A model generated the notes under the pieces. That model had not been told where the DNA came from. It worked only from the letters and a program-made list of their open reading frames with translations, and made no database searches. 64,000 nt of DNA, from positions 96,001-160,000 of the forward strand of contig JACQID010000006.1 of the NCBI GenBank assembly GCA_016198685.1, read 5' to 3'. Shown here piece after piece: positions 19,012-29,154 of this stretch. Both the position numbers and the translations under genes were made by a program. The DNA is from Candidatus Aenigmatarchaeota archaeon (GTDB lineage Archaea; Aenigmatarchaeota; Aenigmatarchaeia; GW2011-AR5). Positions within the stretch are counted from its first letter, which is position 1, and the number at the start of each line of letters is the position of its first letter.

Positions 19012-19239
19012 TTACTCACCCAAATAACCGAGGGACTTTAGCCTCGATTTTATTTTTCTTTCCATAGTCTTATCCATAGTCTTTTCGTTTTCGGAAAGTA
19101 TCATCCTCATTACAAATACCACGAATTGCGAAACGTTGGGAAATCCGGTTTCTGCAATGAGGGCTTCGAGCTTTTCGTAAAGATTCTTAGGGATGGAAAC
19201 GGTCTTGTAGCCTATCTTTCTCGTGCTCTTTACTTTCAT
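19012..19239 (-). CDS. Archaeal CopG/RHH transcriptional regulator
   Basis: YKTVSIPKNLYEKLEALIAETGFPNVSQFVVFVMR; C-terminal RLKSLGY. Confidence 0.85.
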   Translation of the reverse strand: MKVKSTRKIGYKTVSIPKNLYEKLEALIAETGFPNVSQFVVFVMRMILSENEKTMDKTMERKIKSRLKSLGYLGE

Positions 19240-19257
19240 AATAGATAATAATAGATA
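19238..19257 (-). promoter_or_regulatory. Perfect 2 x 10 bp tandem repeat (ATAATAGATA) abutting the RHH start codon; putative operator
   Basis: Copies at 19238-19247 and 19248-19257; TTTATAT TATA-like box on the minus strand at about 19266-19272. Confidence 0.5.
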
Positions 19258-19331
19258 ACGTCAAAAATATAAAGGCGCTCGATGGCGAAAAAACTCAATA
19301 AACTTTAATACGTTAAAGCGAACTGTTTCCT

Positions 19332-20465
19332 ATGGGTATGAAATACGTTCATTCTGTCTGTTCCGAGATACCGCGCGGAGGGGTGGGCGGAATCGCATAT
19401 CATGCCATGGATCAGATGAACAGGCGTGGATTTTTGAAAAAAGGCTTCATCATGAACCAGAACAAAGGCGGAAATATAGGGCCTCTCACTAAATTTTTCT
19501 TCCCGCCCAAACCGCCTTATTTCCCCATAGACAGCTATTATTCCATAAGAAACACGATTTTTGATAATTTCGTTGCGCAAATGATGCCTAAAGATGCCGA
19601 CATATTTCACGGTTGGATAGGCCACGGAATGAAATCCTTCGAAAGGGCGAAGGCCATGGGAATAAGGACCGTGACGCACGGCGCATCCCTCCATCCGGTA
19701 GACCAGAACAAGATACTCGTGGAAGAGTTCGCTAAATACAAAGTAAACGATGCGCCCTTGTCCGCGAAGACCGTAGACAAATACGTAAAGGAACTCAGGA
19801 ATGTGGAATACATAGCTGCGTCGTGCGACGTCTCAAAGGACAGCTTCATACAAAACGGTTATCCTGAAGAAAATGTTTTTGAAACGCCTTTTGGCGTAGA
19901 CACTGAAAAGTATACTCCGGGAGAAAAGACAGATGACATTTTCAGGGCAATATTCATAGGCACGGTCGGCTTGAGAAAAGGCCCGCAATATCTGCTTGAT
20001 GCATGGACCAAATGGAAGGCGAATAACAAGGAACTTGTTATTCTCGGTCCCATCGAAAGCACTATAGCGCCAATAATGGCGCCTTTCCGCAATTCCAAAG
20101 ACGTCAGATGGGTCAAATGGAGCGATGATCTGAAGAAGATGTGCAATGACTCATCCGTATTCATATTGCCTGCGCTCGAGGAAGGAGGGACTACGCTTGC
20201 GCAGATGACTGCCATGGCATGCGGCCTTCCGTGCATAGTGACGCATGCGACTTACTTTCCCGTAAGGGACGGAAAAGAAGGATTGATAATAGACGAAAGA
20301 GACTTGACGCAGATTAAAGAAGCACTGAAATATTTCAAGGACAATCCTTCCGAAGTCAAGCGCATGGGCAAGAATGCAAGAAAACGCGCAGAAAAATACA
20401 CATGGGATTATTACGGGCAGACGCTCGAAAAAATGTTCAAGGAGATTATGGAGAGAGGTTCATGA
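19332..20465 (+). CDS. GT4 glycosyltransferase
   Basis: FIGTVGLRKG, FILPALEEG...AMACGLPCI. Confidence 0.88.
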   Translation: MGMKYVHSVCSEIPRGGVGGIAYHAMDQMNRRGFLKKGFIMNQNKGGNIGPLTKFFFPPKPPYFPIDSYYSIRNTIFDNFVAQMMPKDADIFHGWIGHGMKSFERAKAMGIRTVTHGASLHPVDQNKILVEEFAKYKVNDAPLSAKTVDKYVKELRNVEYIAASCDVSKDSFIQNGYPEENVFETPFGVDTEKYTPGEKTDDIFRAIFIGTVGLRKGPQYLLDAWTKWKANNKELVILGPIESTIAPIMAPFRNSKDVRWVKWSDDLKKMCNDSSVFILPALEEGGTTLAQMTAMACGLPCIVTHATYFPVRDGKEGLIIDERDLTQIKEALKYFKDNPSEVKRMGKNARKRAEKYTWDYYGQTLEKMFKEIMERGS

Positions 20466-21964
20466 TAACTTTAGGAATAAGCATGCATCATGACAGCAGT
20501 GCTGCTCTTGTGGACGACGGGCAGGTTCTTGATGCGGCGGCCGAGGAAAGGTTTACGCGCGTAAAGCACGATGGGAATGTTCCTGTAAAGGCCATTGAAT
20601 GGCTCTTGCAAAAGCATGCACTCAAGGCGGAAGATCTTGTTGTCACGCTTTCCGAAAACAGGCCTAACCCGTTGTATAATATGGGAAATCATTATGGCAA
20701 TTTGCTTCATATGCCGTTTTACGTCAAGGAGACCGTGCTGAAGACGAATGTGCCGGCTTATCTCAAAAAATTCAAGAAAACAGTTTTCGTTCCGCATGAA
20801 CTCGGGCACGCAAGAAGCGCGTTTGGGAGCTCTTCTTTCAATAAAGCCGCGATAATAGTCATGGATGGCGCCGGAACCGACCATGCAAAAGCCGTTTCAG
20901 GGGGCATATTCCATGGCAACGGCAAGGAGATAGAGCCCATTGAATACATGGACATCAAGAGAAGCTTAGGATTTTTCTATGGCGGGCTGACCGTTGCCCT
21001 TGACTTCCAGTTCAACGACGGCGAATGGAAAACAATGGGTCTTGCGCCTTATGGAGGGAATTACATCCAGGAACTGGAAGATTTATGGAGGAAAGAGAAG
21101 TGGGACACTTATTACAGGAACATGCCAAAGATGAAAGCAATCGTGGCCAAGCACAGAAAGGAGGACATAGCTTTCACGGCCCAGAAAATACTTGAGGATG
21201 AAGTTGTCAGGCTTTGCGACAGGGCAGTTGAGTTAACGGGGACAAAAAACATCTGCATTGCCGGCGGAGTGGGCCTCAATGTCAAGGCGAATATGCTGCT
21301 TGTAGAAAAAGGATACGATGTCTTTGTCTATCCGAATCCCGGAGACAGCGGACTTGCCGTCGGCACGGCGCTGGAGTTCCAACAGGAGAAAAGAGAGATA
21401 GATGCAATTTATTACGGCCCTGATTATGACTTCATTGCGGGCGAAAAAATCGATCCTTCCCAGACGGCGGCAGACCTTCTTGAGAAGGGCAAAGTCATAG
21501 GCTGGTTTCAGGGAAAGATGGAATGGGGCCCAAGGGCATTGGGAAACAGAAGCATTCTTGCAGATCCCAGCAAAGCTGACATGAAGGACGTAGTGAACAG
21601 AAAAGTCAAGTATAGGGAAGCATGGAGGCCTTTTGCGCCTTCTATGCTGGAAGAAAAGGCAGGCATGTACGTCGAGAATGCAAAAAAATCCCCCTATATG
21701 ATCATAGGATTCAGGGCCAAAAACGCAGAAGAGATACCTGCAGTCGTCCACGTTGATGGAACAACAAGGCCTCAAACTGTGAACAGGAGCCAGAACAGAA
21801 GATACTATGATCTTATCAAGGCATTCAAGATTCCGGTGGTCATGAATACGTCTTTCAACCTTGCAGGAGAGCCGATAGTATGCACTCCGCAGGATGCTGT
21901 AAATACTTTCAGAAAATCGGGCTTGGACGCATTGATTGTGAACGACCGGCTTCTTGAGAAATAA
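20462..21964 (+). CDS. Carbamoyltransferase, NodU/CmcH family
   Basis: MITLGISMHHDSSAAL...EERFTRVKH, AGGVGLNVKAN, EWGPRALGNRS, REAWRPFAPS, NTSFN; start reassigned to the ATG overlapping the upstream TGA. Confidence 0.9.
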   Translation: MITLGISMHHDSSAALVDDGQVLDAAAEERFTRVKHDGNVPVKAIEWLLQKHALKAEDLVVTLSENRPNPLYNMGNHYGNLLHMPFYVKETVLKTNVPAYLKKFKKTVFVPHELGHARSAFGSSSFNKAAIIVMDGAGTDHAKAVSGGIFHGNGKEIEPIEYMDIKRSLGFFYGGLTVALDFQFNDGEWKTMGLAPYGGNYIQELEDLWRKEKWDTYYRNMPKMKAIVAKHRKEDIAFTAQKILEDEVVRLCDRAVELTGTKNICIAGGVGLNVKANMLLVEKGYDVFVYPNPGDSGLAVGTALEFQQEKREIDAIYYGPDYDFIAGEKIDPSQTAADLLEKGKVIGWFQGKMEWGPRALGNRSILADPSKADMKDVVNRKVKYREAWRPFAPSMLEEKAGMYVENAKKSPYMIIGFRAKNAEEIPAVVHVDGTTRPQTVNRSQNRRYYDLIKAFKIPVVMNTSFNLAGEPIVCTPQDAVNTFRKSGLDALIVNDRLLEK

Positions 21965-21966
21965 GG

Positions 21967-22956
21967 CTATTCAAGATCCTTAAGCATCTGTTTGATTCTG
22001 TGAACATACGTATGCTTTTGGATGGCTTTCTTCCTTGCTCTTTGCGCCATAGTTTTTCTTTCTTTTTCATTACGCAAGTAATAGTCTATAAGATTTAACA
22101 TTTCTTTCTTTGTCCTGTATGATGCCATCTCGTTCTTCGCGTAGAATAGCCGAAGGTCCGGCCTGTCGTCAACAAGCATGAAGCCCCCGCAGGCCGGCGC
22201 CTCAAATGCGCGCATGGTGAGGCTTCCCATTGACTGCTCCTGATGAGTTCCTATCGCTATCTTAGAAGCGGTGAACACACGGGACATGTTCTGGCCGTTA
22301 GCGGGGCGCATGGTGGCGGATTTTTTCAGGGATTCACTTTCGCAGTTCTGCCACTCGTTGCCCCATATCTTAAGTCCGAATCTTTCCAGCCCAGAAAGAA
22401 GCGCTTCCCTTTCCGGGTAATATGTGCCTACAAAGCATAGGTTGCTCCCGAATGCTTCGTGTTCGGCTCCTGAAAGCTCAGCGGGCTTGTGAATTTCAGG
22501 GTCGCATGCAAACGGTAGGAAACGCGCATTGTCAAAACCTAATGCCATCAGGCGCTTTTCCATATCTTTTACCGGAGTGAAGAATGAATCATACAGTCGT
22601 ATGCTTCTGGCGACTTTCGGCGACGAATAAAGCGGATGGAAGGGTGAATCCATGCACCAGTTGGCTGTCTTTATGCCGCGTTTTTTGAGTGATTCTATGG
22701 TAAAAGGCTCGAGTACTTCACCCTTGAGGACAAGCACAAGATCAGGCTTCTCTTTTTTTGCAAGAGAAAGAAGTCGTCTGTTAGGAAGAGCGTCGCCCAG
22801 CACGAGCTTGGAAACAGCATGGCCGGGCAGTCCGTATTTGTGGGCTGATGCCAGATAATCATGCGGAATTATTTCATGGCCGAGCTTGGCCAATGCCCTC
22901 ATGCAATAATCCCCAAGCGACCAAGGGGCCTTGGAGTGAGATACAATTATGCGCAT
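21967..22956 (-). CDS. CgeB-like (Glyco_trans_1_2) glycosyltransferase
   Basis: WCMDSP, FLPFACDP, LCFVGT, MRAFEAPACGGF. Confidence 0.85.
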   Translation of the reverse strand: MRIIVSHSKAPWSLGDYCMRALAKLGHEIIPHDYLASAHKYGLPGHAVSKLVLGDALPNRRLLSLAKKEKPDLVLVLKGEVLEPFTIESLKKRGIKTANWCMDSPFHPLYSSPKVARSIRLYDSFFTPVKDMEKRLMALGFDNARFLPFACDPEIHKPAELSGAEHEAFGSNLCFVGTYYPEREALLSGLERFGLKIWGNEWQNCESESLKKSATMRPANGQNMSRVFTASKIAIGTHQEQSMGSLTMRAFEAPACGGFMLVDDRPDLRLFYAKNEMASYRTKKEMLNLIDYYLRNEKERKTMAQRARKKAIQKHTYVHRIKQMLKDLE

Positions 22957-23006
22957 TATTAATCGGATGTTGGCATCCTTTTAAACTTTACACCATAACC
23001 AGAAAA

Positions 23007-24461
23007 ATGGAGGACCGGAAATACATCATAATGGCGCTGCTTTACGCTCTTTTGCTCTTTCCGGCGTATTATGGGTACAAATCCTTCGGATTACCGGAAA
23101 CTTCGGTTCTTGCTGTAGATAATGATGCAACATACCTTGGGACGGTGAAATCCGCTTTATGGGGATTTGCGACGCCATGGCCTTCGCCGGATGTGAGCAT
23201 TTTTACCGATGTAACCCTTGGCTCGGCATTCGCGTTCCTTCCTGTAACAGCGGCTTGGCTTGTCACGGGAATTGATCCGTGGCCTATAATCATATTCCTT
23301 AATACGGCGTTCACCTTTGGCTATCTCGTTGTCATACTGAAAATCATGCAGCGTCTGCTTCCCGCGGGCGAGTGGAAATATGCATTTCCTATCCTGCTCT
23401 TTGCCAATGGGATAGGCGGACTGCTTTATTTTCCTTTGCGGGAGTTTGGCGGCTTCACGGAAGCAGGACTGGGCAATCTTTTCTGGGGCTGGATGACGAG
23501 CTCGGCGTTTTATCAAATCTTCACGCTTTTCACCGGTTTTGCCGCCTTGCTTCTTTTTATGGAAGGCCGGAACTATGCAACTACAGCGTTGCTTTTCCTC
23601 ACGTTTCTTATATATCCTATAGCAGGCGCGCTTTTTTCCTGCCTTATAATCGCTTATTCGTTTTTTGATAATCGTTTCCCGGCTTCCTTAAAGCTGGTTG
23701 CACCCTCGCTTCTTGCGACTGTTCCCTGGGGATATTTTATTTTATTGAATAGCGCGCCTTACGAAAAATTGTCTGCTTTTTACTCTACCGCTATATCATT
23801 CCCGCAGAGTTTCATGATGACAGTTGCGATTAATTCAGGAATTGCGATACTTCTTGCCATCTATGCCGTTTCACAGAAAGGTTTCTTTGACGACAAAAAC
23901 AGGAAATTCCTGTGCGCATGGGCCGTCACACTGCTTATTGGCATATTGCTTCAAACGGCAATCAAGAAAATTGATGTTGCGAAACTGCTTGTAATGTATT
24001 GGGTGCCTGTCTCGATTCTGGCCGGCATAGGTTTGCCAGGACTTGCGGCCCGACTAAGGCTCAAGGCTGAGATTATATTTATTGCAATAATGATACTTTC
24101 ATTGCCATCGCTCATCCTCTTTTACGCTAATAATGGCGTGGTGGTTGCATCGGAAATGGACCGGGACGTTTATGCTTCGCTAATATTTCTGCGTTCGCAG
24201 CCTCAAGGCATAGTGCTGACCGATCCTCGCACCGGAAGATATGTGCCTTATCTTGCGGAAAAGCGGTCTTTGACAGGCGCGCCTCTGCCTGACAATGATG
24301 CAGAAACTGCATATGAGAACTTTCTTGAGGGTGACATGCGCATATTAGAAACAAGGAATATCACTTACATAATGACAGACAGCATGCTTGCCGGCAATGG
24401 CATCGAGAAAATATATTCATCTGGAAATCGGTCTGTTTACGTTTTCAAGAAAGTTGTATAG
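23007..24461 (+). CDS. Multi-pass membrane protein, probable GT-C-type transferase or polymerase
   Basis: About 12 hydrophobic segments plus a soluble C-terminal domain (IVLTDP..GRYVPYLA); likely ATG at 23007. Confidence 0.6.
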   Translation: MEDRKYIIMALLYALLLFPAYYGYKSFGLPETSVLAVDNDATYLGTVKSALWGFATPWPSPDVSIFTDVTLGSAFAFLPVTAAWLVTGIDPWPIIIFLNTAFTFGYLVVILKIMQRLLPAGEWKYAFPILLFANGIGGLLYFPLREFGGFTEAGLGNLFWGWMTSSAFYQIFTLFTGFAALLLFMEGRNYATTALLFLTFLIYPIAGALFSCLIIAYSFFDNRFPASLKLVAPSLLATVPWGYFILLNSAPYEKLSAFYSTAISFPQSFMMTVAINSGIAILLAIYAVSQKGFFDDKNRKFLCAWAVTLLIGILLQTAIKKIDVAKLLVMYWVPVSILAGIGLPGLAARLRLKAEIIFIAIMILSLPSLILFYANNGVVVASEMDRDVYASLIFLRSQPQGIVLTDPRTGRYVPYLAEKRSLTGAPLPDNDAETAYENFLEGDMRILETRNITYIMTDSMLAGNGIEKIYSSGNRSVYVFKKVV

Positions 24462-25469
24462 TTTTTTCCTGAGAATCTTGAAATCATAAACTTTCTCTGC
24501 TCTTTCCCTCGCTTTGCGCCCCATCTCTCGTCTTATGGCGGGTTTTTTTTGAAGCGATCTTATTTTCATGACAAACCCATGAGAATCTTCGGCTAGCATG
24601 CCGCATTTTCCGTTATCAAGATCGGTTATATTCTCGCCGATTCTTGTCGCAACAATAGCCTTGCCCATGGACATGAACTCCTTCATTTTGACCGAGCTTC
24701 TTGTTTCTGACGTAAAGAACCTGCCAAAAGGAACGAGGCAGATGTCCATCAGGTCTATGTATTTCGGTATCTCTTCGTGTTTGACATAATCTACGAATCG
24801 GAATCTGGATTCCAAGCCGTGCGTTCTCACATGTGTCTTGAAATCCCGTACACCCTTCCCGTAGCCGACAACAAGGAATTGAGCATCCTTTATTTCCTGC
24901 GCTATCTCGGTCATTTCCTGATAAGCAAACTTTTTGCCTATTTTGCCCACATATCCTGTTATGCCTATGACCAAGCGGCCATTACTTGCATTTTTGTGAC
25001 TTTTGAATTTTTCCGTATCGACGCCGTTAGGTATGTAAATTACGTTGTCTCTGCCTTTAATCGAGACAGCTATTTCTTCAAGCTTCTTGCTAACAACGAC
25101 AACCTTATCGGCCATTTCCAGGCACTTGAGTTCCCAATAATGTGGGCTCAAAAGTGAAGGCGCATTCAAACGGAAGTCCGTGAATGCGTCATCCCAATCC
25201 GCAACAAGAATGCTGCCCTTCAGCTTCTTGACTATGATAGCGGGAATCGCAGAAGCTGCAAGCGGCGCTGAAGCATAGATTATTTCATCACCGCGTATTT
25301 TCATAAAAGAGACAACAGCCTGCCTGAGAATCATGATGAGTTTCAGAGGGAAAAACGAAGGCCACCAAGGCTGGCTGATCTTCTTTGCGCCTTGCGGAAA
25401 GAGACCGGAAAGCCTTATCGAGGTCGCGTACTTTTCAGGGAGCGCGTATATGACCGCAACATTCGTCAT
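24417..25469 (-). CDS. GT4 glycosyltransferase
   Basis: DWDD, IPNGVD, KMKEFMSMGKAIV. Confidence 0.88.
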   Translation of the reverse strand: MTNVAVIYALPEKYATSIRLSGLFPQGAKKISQPWWPSFFPLKLIMILRQAVVSFMKIRGDEIIYASAPLAASAIPAIIVKKLKGSILVADWDDAFTDFRLNAPSLLSPHYWELKCLEMADKVVVVSKKLEEIAVSIKGRDNVIYIPNGVDTEKFKSHKNASNGRLVIGITGYVGKIGKKFAYQEMTEIAQEIKDAQFLVVGYGKGVRDFKTHVRTHGLESRFRFVDYVKHEEIPKYIDLMDICLVPFGRFFTSETRSSVKMKEFMSMGKAIVATRIGENITDLDNGKCGMLAEDSHGFVMKIRSLQKKPAIRREMGRKARERAEKVYDFKILRKKLYNFLENVNRPISR

Positions 25470-25471
25470 AG

Positions 25472-26434
25472 TTATGCCCCCTCAAAGCATATAGATTTCC
25501 TGTTCTTCTCCCATTGCTCCTTGTACCAGGTTGCTGTTTCGCGCAATCCGTCTTCTATTGAATATCGGGATTTCCAGTTCAGGAGTTTCAATGCTTTATT
25601 GCTGTCCGAATGCATCTGCCATATTTCGTTCTCCCTATACGGAAGCGAAGCTTCGGCCTGGATAGGATGGCCCATTATATCAAGTATTTTTTCTACCACA
25701 TCCTTTATGGGGATGCCCTTTCCGCATCCTACGTTTATTATCTCGCCTTTTGCTTTTCCGGTCTTTGCCGCTGCAATGAGTGCATCGACTATGTCTTTGA
25801 CGTAATTGAATTCTCGTGTCTGCTCGCCTTTAGTCATGCGGAATGTCTGTTTCTTCAGGCACGAGACTATGAGTTCCGGTATTATCCTGTTTGGCGTCTG
25901 CCACGAACCATAGATATTGAATAATCTCAGAACGGTTGCTGGAAACCCGTAAGTATCATGATAGAGCATGGAATAATGCTCCCCTGCCAGCTTGCCTGCC
26001 GAATACGGGGAAGTGGGCCTCGGGACCATATCCTCCCTGAAAGGGGCCTTGTTTACCGAGCCGTATATTTCGGAGCTTGACGCATATATGAAGCTCTTCA
26101 CGTTTGTGTTTTCCAGTGCTTCAAGAAGCGAAACAGTGCCAAAGATATTGGATTCCATACTCGTGCGAAGGAAGCTTTTTTCCCGAAACGGCAGCGTGAA
26201 CGCTCCAAGATGAAATATAGTATCCGGCTCAAACTGATTTATTGCGTCCTTAAGCTGGGGGTCGGTAAGGCTCATTCTTATGATTTGCAGGCTCTTCTTT
26301 ACGTCTTCTACCCTTTCCTCCGATTTTCCTTCATCGACTATAAGTATCTCATAGTTGCCTGCAAGTTCGCGTGCAAGGTGACTGCCCAGAAACCCAAGAC
26401 CGCCTGTTATAAGAGCTCTATTCATTTCCAACAC
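25472..26434 (-). CDS. NAD-dependent epimerase/dehydratase
   Basis: TGGLGFLG, SSSEIYG, SPYSAGK, RLFNIYG. Confidence 0.87.
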   Translation of the reverse strand: MLEMNRALITGGLGFLGSHLARELAGNYEILIVDEGKSEERVEDVKKSLQIIRMSLTDPQLKDAINQFEPDTIFHLGAFTLPFREKSFLRTSMESNIFGTVSLLEALENTNVKSFIYASSSEIYGSVNKAPFREDMVPRPTSPYSAGKLAGEHYSMLYHDTYGFPATVLRLFNIYGSWQTPNRIIPELIVSCLKKQTFRMTKGEQTREFNYVKDIVDALIAAAKTGKAKGEIINVGCGKGIPIKDVVEKILDIMGHPIQAEASLPYRENEIWQMHSDSNKALKLLNWKSRYSIEDGLRETATWYKEQWEKNRKSICFEGA

Positions 26435-27374
26435 CGGTATATTTCCTGTACCATGCGATTGTTTTCTTCAGAGAATCTTCCATGGCAAAAGCTGGTTTCC
26501 ATCCAAGCATTTTCAGTGCTTTGTCGCTGGAAAGATATTGGGAATGGATTTCGCCTTTAATTGACTCCCCCCTGATTATTGGCTCGCCCTTCATGTTTGC
26601 GGCATTCATCATCGCCTTTACAATATCATAAACAGTCATAGGCTTTGAGGATCCGAAATTGAACGCCTCGCCGGCGACATCGTCAATTTTTTCTATGATT
26701 TTCATATATGCCCGTACTGCGTCTTCCACGTATATGTATTGTCTTACGGGTGTTCCGTCGGTCCTTATTACAGGCGCTTCGTTTCGTGCTATAGACACGG
26801 CTGCCGAAGGCACTATGCGGCTCATGTTCATGTCGCCGCCTCCAAAGATATTGGCAAGCCTCGTTATGACGACAGTCACCCCGTATGTATTATGATATGC
26901 CTGCGCTATGAGATCTGCGCAAGACTTGGAAGCGTCATAAGGATGAAGACCCCTGAGAGGCGTCTCTTCTGTATACGGTAGTTCCTTCTGATAGCCGTAT
27001 GCCTTGTCGCTGGATGCCACTACTACTTTGATTCCAAGAAGCCTCGCGCATTCGAGAACATTATAAGTTCCGCGAATATTGGTTTCCAGAGTTACCACGG
27101 GATTTTTATTCGCCTCAGAAACTATCGTTTGTGCCGCAAGATGCACGCAGATATTGATATTATTTTTTTCGATGGTTTTTTTCACGAACGTCATATCCCG
27201 GATATCGCCCTTTATTGCTGTTGAAAGGCGGGAATCAAAAACCGATCCGGGGTTATCTTTATCAAACAGGGCAAAGACGGTGGCCCCCTTATTGGCCAAT
27301 TCATTGGACAACCAGGACCCAAGGAATCCATTGCCGCCAGTCACGAGAATATTCAAGCCTTCCATATTTTCCAC
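26418..27374 (-). CDS. CDP-glucose 4,6-dehydratase-like SDR
   Basis: TGGNGFLGSW, HLAAQTIV, ASSDKAYG, PYDASKSCADL; next to an RfbF-like gene. Confidence 0.75.
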   Translation of the reverse strand: MENMEGLNILVTGGNGFLGSWLSNELANKGATVFALFDKDNPGSVFDSRLSTAIKGDIRDMTFVKKTIEKNNINICVHLAAQTIVSEANKNPVVTLETNIRGTYNVLECARLLGIKVVVASSDKAYGYQKELPYTEETPLRGLHPYDASKSCADLIAQAYHNTYGVTVVITRLANIFGGGDMNMSRIVPSAAVSIARNEAPVIRTDGTPVRQYIYVEDAVRAYMKIIEKIDDVAGEAFNFGSSKPMTVYDIVKAMMNAANMKGEPIIRGESIKGEIHSQYLSSDKALKMLGWKPAFAMEDSLKKTIAWYRKYTGVGNE

Positions 27375-28051
27375 TCCGCCTTACCTTTGCTCCAAAGATC
27401 GTTAAGCATTATATTGTCCTGGTGAGTATTCATGCTTGCCCAGAAGCCATCATGCCTGAAGGCATAGAGCCTTCCCATGGCAGCTATTCTCGGAAGAACA
27501 TCTTTTTCGAGATCATCCCCATCCTTCATCATGTTGAGGACCGATTTGTCCATGACAAAAAATCCGCCATTGATATAATGATCAAGCACGGGCTTTTCCT
27601 TGAAATCAATTATTTTTCCACGAGAGTCCATTTTTATTATGCCGTAGGGGGATACGAGCCTTACAGCCGTCACGGTCACCAGCGCATTGTTTTTCTTGTG
27701 GAATGCGTAGAGATCTTCTAGGTTTACTGTAGAAAGATCGTCTCCATAACTCAAAAAGAAGCTATCGCCTTTTATCAATTCAGCGATTTTTTTCAGTCTC
27801 TCCGACTTTGAGGTTTCCTCGCCTGTATCCACGAGTTTTATATCCCATTCGCTGTTATTGAAATAGCTTTCAATTGCTTCTTTCCTGTACCCTAGACAGG
27901 CAATGAATTTAGTATGGCCGAAATATAAGAAATATTTCATCAGATGCTCCATGATAGGCATGTCACCGACGCTCATCATGGGCTTGGGAATATTTTCAGT
28001 ATGCGGTCTCATGCGCATCCCTTTACCGCCGCACAGCATGACGACTTCCAT
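27353..28051 (-). CDS. rfbF: Glucose-1-phosphate cytidylyltransferase-like nucleotidyltransferase
   Basis: MLCGGKGMRMR...PKPM, VDTGEET, LSYGDDL, INGGFFV, FWASMNT. Confidence 0.72.
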   Translation of the reverse strand: MEVVMLCGGKGMRMRPHTENIPKPMMSVGDMPIMEHLMKYFLYFGHTKFIACLGYRKEAIESYFNNSEWDIKLVDTGEETSKSERLKKIAELIKGDSFFLSYGDDLSTVNLEDLYAFHKKNNALVTVTAVRLVSPYGIIKMDSRGKIIDFKEKPVLDHYINGGFFVMDKSVLNMMKDGDDLEKDVLPRIAAMGRLYAFRHDGFWASMNTHQDNIMLNDLWSKGKAEWKIWKA

Positions 28052-28074
28052 ATCTAAAGCTAATAATAAGCCTT

Positions 28075-29154
28075 TTAATGCCTAACGCGAAGAACGGAAT
28101 CGTACAGCTTTTCAAGTTTACCGGCCTGAACTTTCTCGTTGAATTCCCTTTTGATTTTGCGGTTTGCCGCCCTGCCGAAAGCTATCCTTTTTTTGGCATC
28201 AAGAGCAAGCTCTTTCATGCGATCTGCTAATTTTTCTATATCCTTCTCAGGGACCAGAAAGCCCGTTTTTCCGTCATCTATTATTTCTGGAATATCGCTG
28301 TGAAGCGTGGATATGCAAGGAAGGGAAAGAGACGAGGCTTCCATCAGGGTCACAGGCGTTCCTTCCATATCGCCATTCGATGCTCTGATACTCGGAAGGA
28401 CAAAAACGTCTGCTGAAAGCATCTCGTTTCTTACAATTGTTCTTGGCTCTAGAGACGAAAAATTATCAATGAATTTAATGTCCGGATAGCCAGCTGCGAT
28501 CGTTTTGAGCCTTTTTTCCAAGGGTCCATTTCCGACAATCCTTAATTCACAATGTATATTTTTCCTGACTTCAAGAAACGCTTTTATAACATATTCAAGG
28601 CCTTTCTTTTCCACAAATCTTGCAACAGACAGGAAAAATATCCTGGATTTCTTTTTTCGTTGAATATATTTTTCGTTTTTAACGCCGAGATGATGAATTT
28701 TTATTTTATCTGGAGGGCAACCGAGGGAAATAAGGCGATCTTTCATGTGGTTGCCAAGAGCTAAAAAAAGCTCACCTTGCTTAAACAACTCGTTGTATCC
28801 ATTGGGGCTTTTTTCCGGAAACCCATAGCAATCATAGCCATAGAATGACGTAATCATGGGTATTGCCGCCTTCTTTTTTATGGCTACAATAGCGCGGCCT
28901 GCCATACCAAAATGCGAATGTATGATTTTTATCCCTTCATGCTCTATTGCGCTTTGGAAGGTTTTTGAAAGGCCAAAGACCTTGAGTCCAATTCTCTCGG
29001 CCGTTGAAAGTGAATATATTTTTGCCTCAGGGAAGTGTTTAGTGGATTGGGCGGCAAGAATGATCGGGCTGTAACGTTTTGCGTTCTTCACTTGCGAATA
29101 GATGAAAGTCTCGGATGGGTTCAGCCATTTGTGAACAAAATGTGCGACTTTCAA
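28075..29154 (-). CDS. GT4 glycosyltransferase (WcaL-like)
   Basis: HSHFG, VARFVEKKG, DMEGTPVTLMEA. Confidence 0.88.
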   Translation of the reverse strand: MKVAHFVHKWLNPSETFIYSQVKNAKRYSPIILAAQSTKHFPEAKIYSLSTAERIGLKVFGLSKTFQSAIEHEGIKIIHSHFGMAGRAIVAIKKKAAIPMITSFYGYDCYGFPEKSPNGYNELFKQGELFLALGNHMKDRLISLGCPPDKIKIHHLGVKNEKYIQRKKKSRIFFLSVARFVEKKGLEYVIKAFLEVRKNIHCELRIVGNGPLEKRLKTIAAGYPDIKFIDNFSSLEPRTIVRNEMLSADVFVLPSIRASNGDMEGTPVTLMEASSLSLPCISTLHSDIPEIIDDGKTGFLVPEKDIEKLADRMKELALDAKKRIAFGRAANRKIKREFNEKVQAGKLEKLYDSVLRVRH

